From Nemertoderma westbladi (lineage: Eukaryota; Animalia; Xenacoelomorpha): a stretch of 44,559 bases of DNA. Position 1 is the stretch's first letter. Each line of letters begins with the position of its first letter. Shown one piece after another: positions 1 to 12,583 of this stretch. The position numbers and the translations under genes are program-made. Location of the stretch: the NCBI GenBank assembly GCA_032718475.1, contig JAUCBJ010002531.1:1-44559 (forward strand), written 5' to 3'. The notes under the pieces were generated by a model that did not search any database, was not told the origin of the DNA, and saw only the letters and a program-made list of their open reading frames with translations.

Positions 1-384
1 ACAAAAATGCTTATTGGACTTCTATTCTAAGTAAAACTATCCCTATAAGTTACTTTTACTGGGGAAGACATAAAAGTACTTTAATAAACACTAACGATAC
101 ACTGTTGCTGTTCAACATGCTACAGTACAGCATCCCTACCTGCCTATTTGAAGGAAACAATGGAGATCGAGAAGTGGAGATTGGATGTTGCAGATGTCGG
201 AGATCGCGTGTCGTCGGATCACGTCGCCATTGAAGCGATTGCGATTGAGTTTTGACAATCTATTCTTTTTTAATTTTGAAATTTTTTTTAAGAATCTAAT
301 AATGAAATATTTCACAAATAATGTTTACGCCATGAAAAAGTTAAAGTCAATGGTGGACATGAAACTCGAAACACAATCAGGAGG

Positions 385-1910
385 ACTACTAGGATCGGCA
401 TGCTGCATTGCAACTGCATTTTTAAGAATGCTGTGCCGGCTTGTCGACAAAATTGCGCCGCCACAACTCCCTATCTCCCATGACATTTGCTAGATCATCC
501 GCATCTTCAAGGCCAGTGTCCTTTACGATGCGTCTCAAGAAAGTCATGGGCTGTCCACCATGCTTATTCACTCCATGAGGCTGCCAAAGTACAAGATTAT
601 GCACTGGCTGGTCCTCACGGCGAAAGCAATGTCCTGCAAAACGGAGGCGATTCTGTTCTAGTGCCAAGCTTGGGGGAACCAATGAGACACCTCCAATGTT
701 ATATAGTGTCTGGTTGGTCCAGTGCCATCCAGAGATTTGGTGTCATCAACAGTTAGAGCCCAGCATGGACTCCCATAGAGGAGTACTGGAACTACTGCTG
801 CTCTAAATAATCGGATCTTAAGTTTCCGATTAATTCTCAGTGACTTCCAAATCCTGGAAAGCCTATTCAAGGCTGCCCATGCCTTTCCCTTACATATTCG
901 AAGGTCCTCACCTGACTTCCGGATCCATGATCCCAGGTAACAGAAGTCGTCCACATGCTCAAGCATACTATCCTTTGAGCTTATGCTCATCCGATCAGAG
1001 ACTTGCTGAGGACTTTCAAAGTTAACTGTCAAAATTTTGGTCTTTCTGGAGTTAATAAAAAGACCAACACTAGAAGCAGCATGTTCTATTGAGCCGAGGA
1101 GCCGTTGGGCTCCCTCTAGTGATTCTGAGAGTACTCCTAAGTCATCAGCAAAGTCTAGATCAGTTAGGTACTTGGCAGGTTTTTTTCGACTTCTGGAGCC
1201 AGTAGGTGGAGTTATCATCACCCCATCATCATTATGATGATCTAAGGACATGCGTAGAACATAGTCAACCACAATTATGAACAAGAATGTTGCAAGTGTG
1301 TCTCCCTGGAGGACGCCCCATAACACTTCAAATCGTTCTGTGTAACCGTCAACAGTAGACACAAATGTCGTTGAACCATCGTATACTGATCTGATTGCTG
1401 CAATGATTTCATCAGGAATCCCATATAATGAAAGTATGCTGAACATACGTGAGCGAGAGACTGAATCAAAGGCCTTGAAGAAGTCAACAAAGATAACAGC
1501 CAGATGCCTGTCTTTCTTTTTTGATAACTCTTCAATTATCCTTCTAAGTGCCAAAATGGGCTCCATGGTCCCACGACCTTTACGGAACCCTTTCTGATTT
1601 CTACGGAGCAGTCCCTCAATGGGATCCCTGATGCGATTTAATAGAATTATATTGTATAGCTTTGCAGCAATCGAGATCAATGAGATTCCCCGAAAAGAAC
1701 CATAGAGTGTTAGGTTGCCCTTCTTGGGAACAGGCACCAACTTATTTGTTTTCATTTCATGTGGGACTATTGTTGTTCGGTACATGTCTACTATGATGGG
1801 ATAGATGAGCTTTAAACACTCAGGTATTTTAAAGACCTCAGGGGGAACACCATCTACTCCACTGGCACGATTGGTCTTACCTTAACTACCTTAACGAACT
1901 ACCTTAAGAA
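385..1910 (-). mobile_element. 5'-truncated RTE-clade non-LTR retrotransposon, family A copy 1
   Basis: RT ORF 658-1785 plus C-terminal ORF 422-682 (RLRFAGHCFR...LVLWQP...G.P). 3' end CCTAGTAGT (TAG tail). Flanked by near-identical TSD ACAATCAGGAGG (373-384) and ACAATCATGGAGG (1911-1923). A ~55-bp internal deletion near 715 relative to the copy at 11.0-11.8 kb shifts the frame. Confidence 0.92.
658..1785 (-). pseudogene. Reverse transcriptase domain of the RTE element (truncated, frameshifted)
   Basis: Non-LTR RT motifs: PVPKKG, FRGISL, QKGFRKGRGT, FVDFFKAFDSV, GVLQGDTLA, LDFADDL, FCYLGS, PVLLYG. Confidence 0.92.
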
Positions 1911-2244
1911 ACAATCATGGAGGTAACAAATCATTTTTCAACTATCGGTTTCTCTGTCAAGGTATTTCTTTATCATACTTCCTAATTCATTGGTTTTGTT
2001 GTTTGACCAATGCTGGAGACGTGCATTCCAGCCCCACCAATAACTAAATCGGATATTCCTTGACACCTTTCAAATTGTAATATTTGAATAATTATAATTT
2101 CTTTAAATTATTTTGTGTTATTAAGATAGTTCATCAAGCAATATATCAAAATTGCGATTGTGACATTCATTTTCCAGCTTCGATCTCCTATGATCTGACA
2201 TGCCAGCTACTATATAGTACGATATATGCGATATAGTTCATATA

Positions 2245-4067
2245 TAGAGGGGGGTCATATCTAAAAATCCACCTCTAAAATCTACAAATCTTAACGAAAA
2301 CGTCTGATTTTTTGTTTGTATGTAGATTTCACTAGTCTGAATCCGACCGAAAAAAACATTTCGAAAAATTATACTGGGGTGGTTATATTTCAGCACCAAA
2401 ATTAGAAGTAGTGAACAAATTTCATAAAATTTGAAAGTTACAATTTTCAAATAATTTTTTATCAATACAGGTATTCTGGAGCGCAAAATCCATTGGAAAA
2501 TATTTAAAAATTATCTGATTACTATAAATGGCTGTTTTAGTCCTCTACGTAGGCAAAAAATGAAAAAAACAAGTAAACAGCACTTTTCAGTTTGAACACA
2601 AAATTTTTAATTCACTTGTACGATGCTATAAATTCACATTTTCAAGTTTTCTGGGGCTCTGATTCTAATGGAATAAATTTCTAATTTGCCAGATCATTGC
2701 TACTTGTATTTTCGACGCAATATGGCCAATTTTAGTGCCAGCACCAAATTTCGTACACATCATCAAAAAGTACAAATTTGAGACGTCCAGTGCTGTTTTT
2801 ATTAATTCCATCGGATTCAGGACACTCATAAACCCGTATAACGCAAGAAAAAAGGTGATACTATCTCTTTATCAATTTGCTTATTTTCAAAAATTTAGTG
2901 CTGGCACAACAATTTTCACCCATCGGCAAAAAATACAAGTTGAAAACTCTTATGCAATTTTTACTTATTCCATTGAATTCAGAAGCCTCACAAACTCGTA
3001 TAACGCAAGAAACAAGGGTGACACAATCAATTTATATAGTTGATGGTTTTCAAAATTTGGTGCAGAGATAATATAATTATTTATTCCATTGAATTGAGAA
3101 CCGCCATAAACCTCTAAAACACGGGAAATAAGTTGTCACAAGCAATTGAACTATTGAATAGAATTTCAAAATTTTGTGCTGACACCAAATTTTGCACACA
3201 GCACCGAAAAATACAAGTTTGATACACCTGGTGCAACTCGTATATATACCATCGAAACCAGAACCCCAAAAAACCCCTATAGCGCAAAAAACAGAATCAA
3301 ACAATCAATTTACAAAATTGACATTTCAAAATTTCGCGCTGACACCAAATTTTGCACACAGCACCGAAAAATACAAGTTTGATACACCTGGTGCAACTCG
3401 TATATATACCATCGAAACCAGAACCCCAAAAAACCCCTATAGCGCAAAAAACAGAATCAAACAATCAATTTACAAAATTGACATTTCAAAATTTCGTGCT
3501 GACACCAAATTTTGCACACAGCACCGAAAAATACAAGTTTGATACACCTGGTGCAACTCGTATATATTCCATCGAAACCAGAACCCGAAAAACCCCCTAA
3601 AAACCCCTATAGCGCAAAAGCAGGATCAAACAATCAATTTACAAAATTGACATTTCAAAATTTGGTGCTGACACCAAATTTTGGCACCCGCCGAAAAAAA
3701 CAAGTTTTATATTTCTAAATTAATATATATGAATTCTATCTAATTACAAACACCAAAAAAACGGTGTAAATCAAATATAGAGATGTTACAAATCATATTT
3801 CATGAAGTGTAATTTTCAAAAAACCTCACAGAGAAAGTGCCAAAAGTAGGGTTAAATATGGTGCTATAACTCGAAAACTACCCAATATTTTTGAAAACGG
3901 TCTTCACTAATAGGAAGACAATAGATTTTTAGGAAAAGTAGTCATAAAATTTCAGATTCCCATCTGCGTATGTTTTGGAGTTATAACAAAAAAAACAAAA
4001 AATAAATCACGGGGGGGGGGGGGGGGGGTGGGTTCATATTGACCTCCCCCGGGTTTAATAGGGTTAA
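2245..4067. mobile_element. Non-autonomous DNA transposon with a piggyBac-like right end, carrying an internal 160-bp tandem array
   Basis: Right end ...CATATTGACCTCCCCCGGGTTTAATAGGG|TTAA (GGG 4061-4063, TTAA 4064-4067). The left end is only partly recognisable (GGGGGGTCATAT near 2249), so the left boundary is uncertain. Confidence 0.45.
2730..3710. repeat. 160-bp tandem repeat (about 3.3 near-identical units plus 2-3 degenerate upstream units)
   Basis: GCTGACACCAAATTTTG recurs at about 3178, 3338, 3498 and 3667; diverged versions at about 2738 and 2899. Confidence 0.93.
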
Positions 4068-4319
4068 ATGTGAGACGCATCTATCTTATATTTATTAACT
4101 AATCACTTATGACTTATGTCGTACCAATGGAGCACGGGCCTAACAAGACTCCTTAGGCTTATACCACTCCACAACATGGTCAAATTTACAACAGTTGAAT
4201 AACTGTGTAGGTTTGTGTGCTGATTTAAATTTACTAACTTGATGGTATATTACACATGTAAATATACCAGATTACACTGCCAGCTGCAATAAGTCATTTG
4301 AGATGAATTTAAATTTAAT

Positions 4320-4560
4320 ACTACTACTACTAGGTCGAGCGAACTCGGACAGTGGAAATGAGCTTCCCGATTCTCCATAGTTGTCGCATTTTCGTTTCTC
4401 CCAAGTTCAGTATCCTTTTCAAGTTGATCTATATATGTTATGGCCGGTCGTCCACGACTACGCTTTCCATGAGTTGGTTGGTTGCCAGAGAAGTAGATCT
4501 GGTATGACCTCGTCTTTACTTCGCCAGCAGTGCCCACTGAATCTTAATCTGAATCTTAAT
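4320..4560 (-). mobile_element. 3' fragment of RTE-clade LINE, family B
   Basis: Reverse complement is nearly identical to about 30637-30871 (RFSGHCWRSKDEVIPDLLLWQPTHGKRSRGRP); (CTA)n at 4320 is the (TAG)n tail. Confidence 0.88.
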
Positions 4561-5191
4561 TTAACAGTTGGTAGAATATGGCTGTTTTTCTTGAATCTGG
4601 CAACACTTACTAACGAATCTTTTCCTAATTTATACTCTCTACCACACCAGATCTTACTTACTCACAGATTTGTCTGTATGAATACTGCAAATTTCTGCTT
4701 CATGGGGAAGCTATTTCAAGATATTTCTCACTGATCTCACCACCACCGTCTGTTCCTTTCAAGTTTCCTTCCAATGACTAGAAAGTAATTATTACACTGT
4801 CTTTCACTGTTTTTTTGTAGCATATAACATTTATAAATTTCGGAAGTGCGCTCTTAGCTCTTTTTTAAGTTCTCCCTATAAGGGACTGTAGGTTTAGGAT
4901 TGACTTCTCTTTGTGTTCCTCAGTATGCCTAAAAATGGGCTTCGTTACACAGCATAAATTGGCATAGTTAGTTACAACAAGCCATACGGTAGGTTTCATT
5001 ACATGCCATAAAGTAAATTTGTATTACCTTTAAAACTTTCCAATATAATTTATTTTCATGAAAGCGACAATATTTAGTTGTCGCCTCATATTCTACCAGT
5101 TAATATTATCTTATTATTATATCAGTATATGTAACATAATATTATTACTAGTATCATGGTTAATTATTCTTTCAAATTTTGTTATTTTTAG

Positions 5192-5626
5192 CCACTATTT
5201 GAAATGCACGAAATGCCGGATTACTTTAAGCCAAAGTGGGCAGCTTTCTTTGGTGCCACAATGACTAACGGAATACAATTAATGAAAAAACACTTTCCTG
5301 AGAAAACTAGTTTGATAGAGAAAGCTCAGCTTCTTATGAATGGGGAAAAATTTGGGAGCATTGATATAGAAAACAGGATGGGCAAGTTCAAGGTGGCTAA
5401 TCATGGGGATGCCCACTTCAATAATCAGTTGTTTAGATATAGTAGCAGTACCGGTACCGGTAATCCAGGAGTGCCTAGTGACATAAGAATCATTGATCTG
5501 CAGATGGGGAGTGCTTCATCTCCTGCTAAAGATATCGCTTACTTTATGGCTATTTGTATGCCATTCAGCTCTATCATGGAAAAAGGAATTGGTTACTATC
5601 TTGACATATACTACAATAGTTTCCAG
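5192..5626 (+). CDS. Internal exon of an ecdysteroid kinase-like (EcKL / CHK, choline/aminoglycoside kinase superfamily) gene
   Basis: Acceptor tttttag|5192 and donor CAG|gtaa at 5627, both phase 0. Translation contains NHGDAHFNNQLF (Brenner-type HGDxxxNN), IRIIDLQ and SPAKDIAYFM, then YLDIYYNSF. Upstream exons were not located in the window. Confidence 0.88.
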
Positions 5627-6309
5627 GTAATTTTTATTATTAAATTAATTACTTATTTAAATAAGGAATGAAGTGATATACATTCGCCATCAGTAACCTA
5701 ATGAATCAAAATAATAAACAATTTGAGTGTCTTTACCTGGTTTACTAATAAGAATATTAAAAATAATAAAATATTAAACGTTTTTTTTACTTATTACTAT
5801 AGGAAAGATAAAATATCTGGCAGGGTTATATTAGTTAGGTATAACTCAATGGCAGATTCAAAGTACCCCTAAAATATAATATATATGTAAGCCTATATAT
5901 ATATATATACACTTATATATTTGGACATATACATCTTTTAGGGAGTACATGTGTATAGTTGTATGATAATTGATCTGAGAATGTGAATGTGTTTTAGAAA
6001 TGTTAAGAATATTGTATGTCAACTATAAATCAATTTTCGGAAATTTTTACAGCAGGTTCCATTAATTTCATTAATTCATTTTAGATTTTGAAACGAATTG
6101 ACACAATTTCAGTAAATTAACGTTTTTAACGTAATAATATAGGAATTAATTTCTTTAGTCACACCTATAATTAATTAGACACAAATTTAAAAGAACATAA
6201 TAATGATATTCAGAAGCCAGATAGTAATGTAGATGCAAATATCATGTACAAATACCGCCATTACCTCAGTCTGCTCAGTTCAATGCACGCACAACCCGAT
6301 ATTTCTTCA

Positions 6310-6550
6310 AACAAGTAAACAAGCAAACAGTCGGCCAAAGCTGGAAGCGACCCGAAGGCTCTTCTTTCGATAGCTGCTACCCGAGGGTAGGGGTGGGCGC
6401 TACTCCTATCCCAAGATTTGCTCCAGTTATTTAAAATCTTTTAAAATTTTATCGACCCCAGGGGATGAAAGGCTGAGTGGAACCTGGCGGGGTTGAACCT
6501 ACAACGAATAGATTGCAGGCCCGGCGCTCAACCAAATGAGCTACCCCGCC
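6310..6550 (-). mobile_element. tRNA-derived SINE in the EcKL intron
   Basis: Minus strand begins GGCGGGGTAGCTCATTTGGTTGAGCGCCGGGCCTGCAATC...GGTTCAACCCC (A box, B box, GCA anticodon-like loop), then a central ACTCAGCCTTTCATCCCCTGGGGTCGATAAAA block, a GGAGTAGCGCCCACCCCTAC...GAGCCTTCGGGTCGC block and a (TGTTT)-like tail. Confidence 0.8.
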
Positions 6551-6586
6551 GTTATTAAATAATCAAGTAATCAACATTACTTTGTC

Positions 6587-7134
6587 TGGTTTTAGTTACC
6601 CTAGTTACCCTGTAACCCTACGTGTCCTCTACTTCTCTGGTTTTAGTTACCCGAACCAGCTCTAACCCTACGTGTCCTCTACTTCTCTGGTTTTAGTTAC
6701 CCGAACCAGCTCTAACCCTACGTGTCCTCTACTTCTCTGGTTTTAGTTACCCGAACCAGCTGTAACCCTACGTGTCCTCTACTTCTCTGGTTTTAGTTAC
6801 CCGAACCAGCTGTAACCCTACGTGTCATCTACTTCTCTGGTTTTAGTTACCCGAACCAGCTCTAACCCTACGTGTCCTCTACTTCTCTGGTTTTAGTTAC
6901 CCGAACCAGCTGTAACCCTACGTGTCCTCTACTTCTCTGGTTTTAGTTACCCGAACCAGCTCTAACCCTACGTGTCCTCTACTTCTCTGGTTTTAGTTAC
7001 CCGAACCAGCTGTAACCCTACGTGTCCTCTACTTCTCTGGTTTTAGTTACCCGAACCAGCTGTAACCCTACGTGTCCTCTACTTCTCTGGTTTTAGTTAC
7101 CCGAACTAGCTCTAACCCTACGTGTCCTCTACTT
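6587..7134. repeat. 50-bp minisatellite, about 11 copies
   Basis: Unit CGTGTCCTCTACTTCTCTGGTTTTAGTTACCCGAACCAGCT(C/G)TAACCCTA repeats at 6621, 6671, ... 7121. Confidence 0.97.
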
Positions 7135-7292
7135 GTCGACCCCGTTACCTTTGAAATCTTTAGCAGCAGCATTCTTGAGACTTACACCTCCTTCGGGAGA
7201 TTGGAGGCCTCATCCACATCACCACACATGAGAAAAAGTAAAGTAAAGACTTCAAACAAAATGTTACAAATACAAATATTGACATGCAAAAA

Positions 7293-7717
7293 TTTTACCT
7301 ACAGTATATATAAACTCGTTAGGATTTTACCTACAGTATATATAAACTCGTTAGGATTGTACCTACAGTATATATAAACTCGTTAGGATTTTACCTACAG
7401 TATATATAAACTCTTTAGGATTTTACCTACAGTATATATAAACTCCTTAGGATTTTACCTACAGTATATATAAACTCGTTAGGATTTTACCTACAGTAAA
7501 TATAAACTCGTTAGGATTTTACCTACAGTATATATAAACTCGTTAGGATTTTACCTACAGTATATATAAACACGTTATGATTTTACCTACAATATATATA
7601 AACTCGTTAGGATTTTACCTACAGTATATATAAACTCGTTAGGATTTTACCTACAGTATATATAAACTCGTTAGGATTTTACCTACAGTATATATGAACT
7701 CGTTTTACCTACAGTAT
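7293..7717. repeat. 32-bp minisatellite, about 13 copies
   Basis: Unit TTTTACCTACAGTATATATAAACTCGTTAGGA, period 32 (7293, 7325, ...). Confidence 0.96.
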
Positions 7718-7861
7718 ACTGTATATATATATAAATATTTTGGGAATGTATCATTTTGGCTTTACTTTAGGAATGAATAATATGTTATCATAAAATTTTA
7801 ACTGGGTTCTGAATATTTCCCATGGAATTATTATAATATAATTGGGTTTTGAATTTTACAG

Positions 7862-8143
7862 AACACACTGGCAAAAATTAAATATGATGCCCCAGAAATC
7901 ACTAAAGAAATTCTAAAAGAAGAATGGGACAGAAACGCAGTAACAACTGTATTTACAGCCTTTCTCATTATTCCTGTACTTTGTACTTCTGATAAGGAGG
8001 CTTCAATGAAGGCCTTTACTGAGTTCGGTGATGCTGATGCAAGCAATCAACAGGATATATACGGGAAAATGTCATTGCCACCGGCCATTGCTCAACGATT
8101 GAAAGACATTTTTGTTTATCTGGATGAACATAATTATTTGTGA
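7862..8143 (+). CDS. Terminal exon of the EcKL gene (not in the ORF track)
   Basis: Acceptor ttttacag|7862, phase 0, continues the previous exon: NTLAKIKYDAPEITKEILKEEWDRNAVTTVFTAFLIIPVL...AQRLKDIFVYLDEHNYL*, TGA at 8141-8143. Fits the helical EcKL C-terminus. Confidence 0.85.
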   Translation, partial: NTLAKIKYDAPEITKEILKEEWDRNAVTTVFTAFLIIPVLCTSDKEASMKAFTEFGDADASNQQDIYGKMSLPPAIAQRLKDIFVYLDEHNYL

Positions 8144-8186
8144 TTGTAATCCAGCATATTTTAGTTATCTTATTTATTGTGTTGTT

Positions 8187-8192
8187 AATAAA
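8187..8192 (+). promoter_or_regulatory. Likely polyadenylation signal of the EcKL gene
   Basis: AATAAA about 44 nt after the stop codon. Confidence 0.5.
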
Positions 8193-8934
8193 TTATTTCG
8201 CAATTTTAGTAGACATTGAGACTATGATGATTGATGTCGATACAAACACGATGTTTCGTAGTGTCGTAATTAAATGTATGGTAGAAACTCATTCTGTTAA
8301 TTAAATATTGATCTTTATGAAATTGAAATGATAAATGAAATAATATTAAAGTTATTTATTTATTTATTTAATTAATAATATTAGCAGTAATTAATTTTTG
8401 TGACTACGAAATTATCACCAAATATTTCGGCACTCAAGCCACACCAGAATGCAATCAACCCTAATATTGGCTAACACTTTATAATACCAGTCTCTGCTTT
8501 CTAAGGTCATTCGTAAATTGTATACAATCTAAGGCAAAAAAGTAAAGGATTTCTTCGGCCACTAGGACAGGGATTACGCACAAAGTGTTATGATTAATAT
8601 CCACAATCAAGTGAGGTCTGCCAATGCCCACAACTATACTCCCAGAGGAAACTTTCATGCCGAAAAAAAACTATCCTGGTTCCTGCATACCATTGACTAC
8701 TGTATGTAATCAATTAGTATATGTTATTTCAAACTTCATATCATCATAGCTGTGTGTGCAGACTGTGTGTGTGCAGTATATAATGTATGTATAATAATAA
8801 ATGTGTATATATTAAGAACTTAATATTAGTTAGTATGGCGAAAGTGATTATGCTATCTTACTATTGTGCTATATTTAGATTTTTTGTAATGTTATTTTAC
8901 AGGACTCATCTCCATGTGGGTATGTTTGAGTGTA

Positions 8935-9166
8935 TAATAATAATAATAATAATAGGCCCATCACTTCTGACTGCTGGACTGTAGCCTCACAATCTGGCTG
9001 GCCCAGCTCAGCTGTATAGAATGTGATGGTTTTCTGCAAGATATGCGAAGCTTTCCAGCAGCGATTAAGATCCGTTGGTTTCTGACTCCGGTGCTGCGGT
9101 GTGGGATCGAACGGCCCACCAGTTTGGCGCAGATGCGGGCACCCTCTTGATCCAGCTGATCCAGAC
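8935..9166 (-). mobile_element. Putative tRNA-derived SINE
   Basis: Minus strand has A-box-like TGGATCAGCTGG and B-box-like CGTTCGATCCC, a GC-rich body and a (TTA)n tail at about 8935-8953. Confidence 0.45.
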
Positions 9167-11012
9167 TCAGCAAGTTTTTATGTAGCGGTACCATAAACCC
9201 CGGACCCCAGATACCAGTACCAAATTGGAACTCCTGCCACCCCAACCGGTTTTACCCAGCCTTTACATTTGACAATGTATTTCAACCACCTTCTGTTCTC
9301 TCATCTCATTTTTTGGGAGGGTAATCCCTATATTACTCGGACATGCAGCAGCCTCACCCACCACAATCTGTTCCTCACCTCATTCCACAGTCCAACCTAA
9401 TGCAAGCTTCACAATCGCAGCCACTGAATATTATGTATACAACGCCTCCAATGGTGTTAACTGCGTATAACCTGCAATCAATGGAATGCTAGATGTAGTC
9501 TACTCAAGAAAACAAGTTTTAAAGAAGTGTGTGGTCAGGCTATGAACAACTCAATCGAAATTTACTATGTCAAGCCATCATGGAGGACAATTTTGGAGGT
9601 ATGAGAGATGATAACGAGAAATGCAAACTCACTTTTAAGGAAATGGGTATGGGTTCTTTGATTACCAAATTCTGTGTTAAAAGTTTGGGTGTCTAGGCTC
9701 CTCTGGCTCCCTGTATAAGAAGTCTCTTGGGTCGACAGTTTGTTGTCTAGCAAGTCTCTGTAGTACCGGAAACCCTATGCACCATTTAGTATTTAGTTGC
9801 TGCTGCTCATGGATAATTAAGTTAAAAATTGATGCTTCCTCTGCCCTGTATTTATGATAATAATAAAGGAATTGTATTGTATAAATGATAAAAATATAGG
9901 AATAAATTGCATTGTTAAATTTCAAACTACATATCTATACGATATTCACAATTAGGTAATGTATGACTCTGACCCCGAACAGAAACAGCCATTTAACGTC
10001 AATATGTATTAGTAAGTTATTTTTCAATGGAGGTTTGGTTTTGCTGTTCGAAAAAGAACCCAATTGAGATATTAATAGCTATAACGATTGCAATAGATTT
10101 TTTAAGGTTTTTTAAGATTTTTTAAGGTTAGTCAAGAAGGCAGGTTTTGATTTTTTTTGTTTAATGTCGACAGGAATGTCTTTCCAAAAAAACTGGACAC
10201 CGAAAACTCGCAGTTGATTTGGTTGATGTCAGTCGATAGAGAGGGATCTTTTTTGAATATATTTCCTACAACTGATTCAGGTGGAATCATCTTATTATGA
10301 ACGTCTAACATTAGATTACCACAGAATACAGGGTGCCACAAAATTATCGGAAAGAGGAGAATGCGAGTAGGCTCTACACAACCTTATGATACTGTTTGAC
10401 GCAGGTATAATAAAGAGAGATCGAAGGATCCAAAAGGAACAGGCTGGCAGTCTGGGACCTAAAAGATAACCCACCCCAACCATAATTCACAAAAGGGGAA
10501 TTAAAAGCCGTAAGAGCGTCGAGCCGTTGCTATACATGTTATTTCCTAGGAAACACCCGGAAAATAACATGGGGGGGGGGGGGGGGGGGAGAACTCGAGT
10601 ACGCTTAGTCGCACAATTCTACATTTACCGTACGGTGGGCAAGCGCACAACTCCATTACCATAACAATATGGGAGAACTCAACAATGCAAAATTGCTTTC
10701 TTGCTGGAATATTTAAATTTTATAGGAATTTCGTTGTGATTAATGAAATACTACCAGTTGGGCAATAATGTTGTGGAATGAAATGGAACTATGATCTGCC
10801 GCTTTACATCTCACTGTGATTTAACCAATATATTTGTTTTAGTAGATCTTCGATGTTGTCTGCGAATTGTATCAAGCCATTGGCGGGGTGTGTCGTTTAG
10901 TTGTTAGCTTCTCATATACTTGTCTAGTACGTTTGTCAGGGTGACTGTATCTGTCATTTATTTTTTGCCAGGCTGTCTGTAGTCCGCTTGTCCTAAAAAT
11001 ATGTTGAGCTAC

Positions 11013-11810
11013 CCTACTAGGATCGGCATGCCGCATTGCAGCTGCATTTTTAAAAATGCTGTGCCGTCTTGTCGACAAAATTGCGCCGCCACAACTCCCT
11101 ATCACCCATGACATTTGCTAGATCATCCGCATCTTCAAGGCCAGTGTCCTTTAAGATGCGTCTCAAGAAAGTCATGGGATGTCCACCATGCTTATTCACT
11201 CCATGAGGCTGCCAAAGTACAAGATTATGCACTGGCTGGTCCTCACGGCAAAAGCAATGTCCTGCAAAGCGGAGGCGATTTTGTTCTAGTGTCAAGCTTG
11301 GGGGAACCAATGAGACACCTCCAATGGTATATAGTGTCTCGTTGGAGATGTGTGCATTGTACTTGACACAATGAACCCGGCGTAGCATTCTTGTGAATGT
11401 GCCATCCAGAGATTTGGTGTCCTCAGCAGTTAGAGCCCAGCATGGGCTCCCATAGAGGAGTACTGGAACTACTGCTGCTCTAAATAATCGGACCTTAAGT
11501 TTCTGATTAATTCTCGGTGACTTCCAAATCTTGGAAAGCCTATTCAAGGGTGCCCATGCCTTTCCCTTACGTATTCGAAGGTCTTCACCTGACTTCCGGA
11601 TCCATGATCCCAGGTAACAGAAGTCGTCCACATGCTCAAGCATACCAACCTTTGAGCTTATGCTCATCCGATCAGAGACTTGCTGAGGACTTTCAAAGTT
11701 AACTGTCGAAATTTTGGTCTTTCTGGAGTTAATAAAAAGACCAACACTAGAAGCAGCATGTTCTAATGAGTTGAGGAGCCGTTGGGCTCCCTCTAGCGAT
11801 TCTGAGAGTT
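11013..11810 (-). mobile_element. 5'-truncated RTE family A copy 2
   Basis: Highly similar to 385-1135. The ORF 11050-11850 carries the uninterrupted C-terminal part; 3' end CCTAGTAG. Confidence 0.92.
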
Positions 11811-12583
11811 CACCTAAACATTCTATCAAGCGAGTATTGTAATTTTTCACTGTCTCCCAAAATGGAATTTATTACTGTATGCGCAAAGTAGATTTTGAAT
11901 GTCAGCCACTTTAATTTATACCCATTGAACTTTATAGGTTCGCCTAAAGTGACAACTTGTCTTAATTCACTATGGGCCATCGTGGGTAAAATGGGTAAAA
12001 TAGTCCTGAGCCATATTTAGCGAATACAGAGTCTTGCAGTAAATTTAGTCTATGACTGTCTACAGTAGGGGGTTGGTTTATTTGCCTGAGAAATTTGCCG
12101 CATTGTGTCATTTTACCTAGGCTACAGAGTACAGGTAAAGGGAGATCGCTCTGATTGGCTGAAATATTTTAACAAATAACACAAGTCCTACACAAAGAAA
12201 CAGTTGGTAGATTTCGTCATCTTAGCTCTGAGTTTGGACAGATGCGTAGTTGCATATGTTTATAAGTCCATTAGAGTATTACAGCGCATTGCTCAAAATG
12301 ACTTCTTTTTTCCGCAAAAGCTTTTATACTGCTCCCATAAAAGGGGATTTAAGTCTATAAAATATACATAAAATCACAGTTTCTAATATAAAAATACTCT
12401 AAACTATCAGTCCTTCTTTCGCAAACGGCATTTATGGAGTTTCTTAAAACTTACGAGAGTTTTTTTCTCTTTAAGGTGTGCCACTTTACTAGGTGGGCTA
12501 TAACTCCTGGGGGAAGGGTGCAATACAATTGCATCGGAAGGGTTAGGATTGCGGTCGGGGTATCCGCCGGTCGAGGTACACGG

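Larger units (their letters stand above)
162..2188. mobile_element. Possible old MITE (~0.5 kb when reconstructed) interrupted by the RTE insertion
   Basis: Imperfect ~30-bp inverted ends: GGAGATCGA(gaagtggagattggatg) at 162 and (cattcattttccagct)TCGATCTCC ending at 2188; no clear TSD. Confidence 0.3.

Noticed and set aside
185-1597. Plus-strand ORFs over the RTE element (also 11115-11702 and 14221-14545)
   Set aside because: Antisense shadows of retroelement coding sequence.
3077-3718. Repeated ORFs such as MHTAPKNTSL
   Set aside because: Arise from the 160-bp tandem unit; the period is not a multiple of three.
6478-6550. Functional tRNA-Cys gene (and tRNA-Gly at about 42232-42300)
   Set aside because: Stems are imperfect, no oligo-T terminator follows, and both continue into SINE bodies.
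6587-7717. Possible CRISPR arrays
   Set aside because: Head-to-tail repeats with no unique spacers, no cas genes, eukaryotic context.
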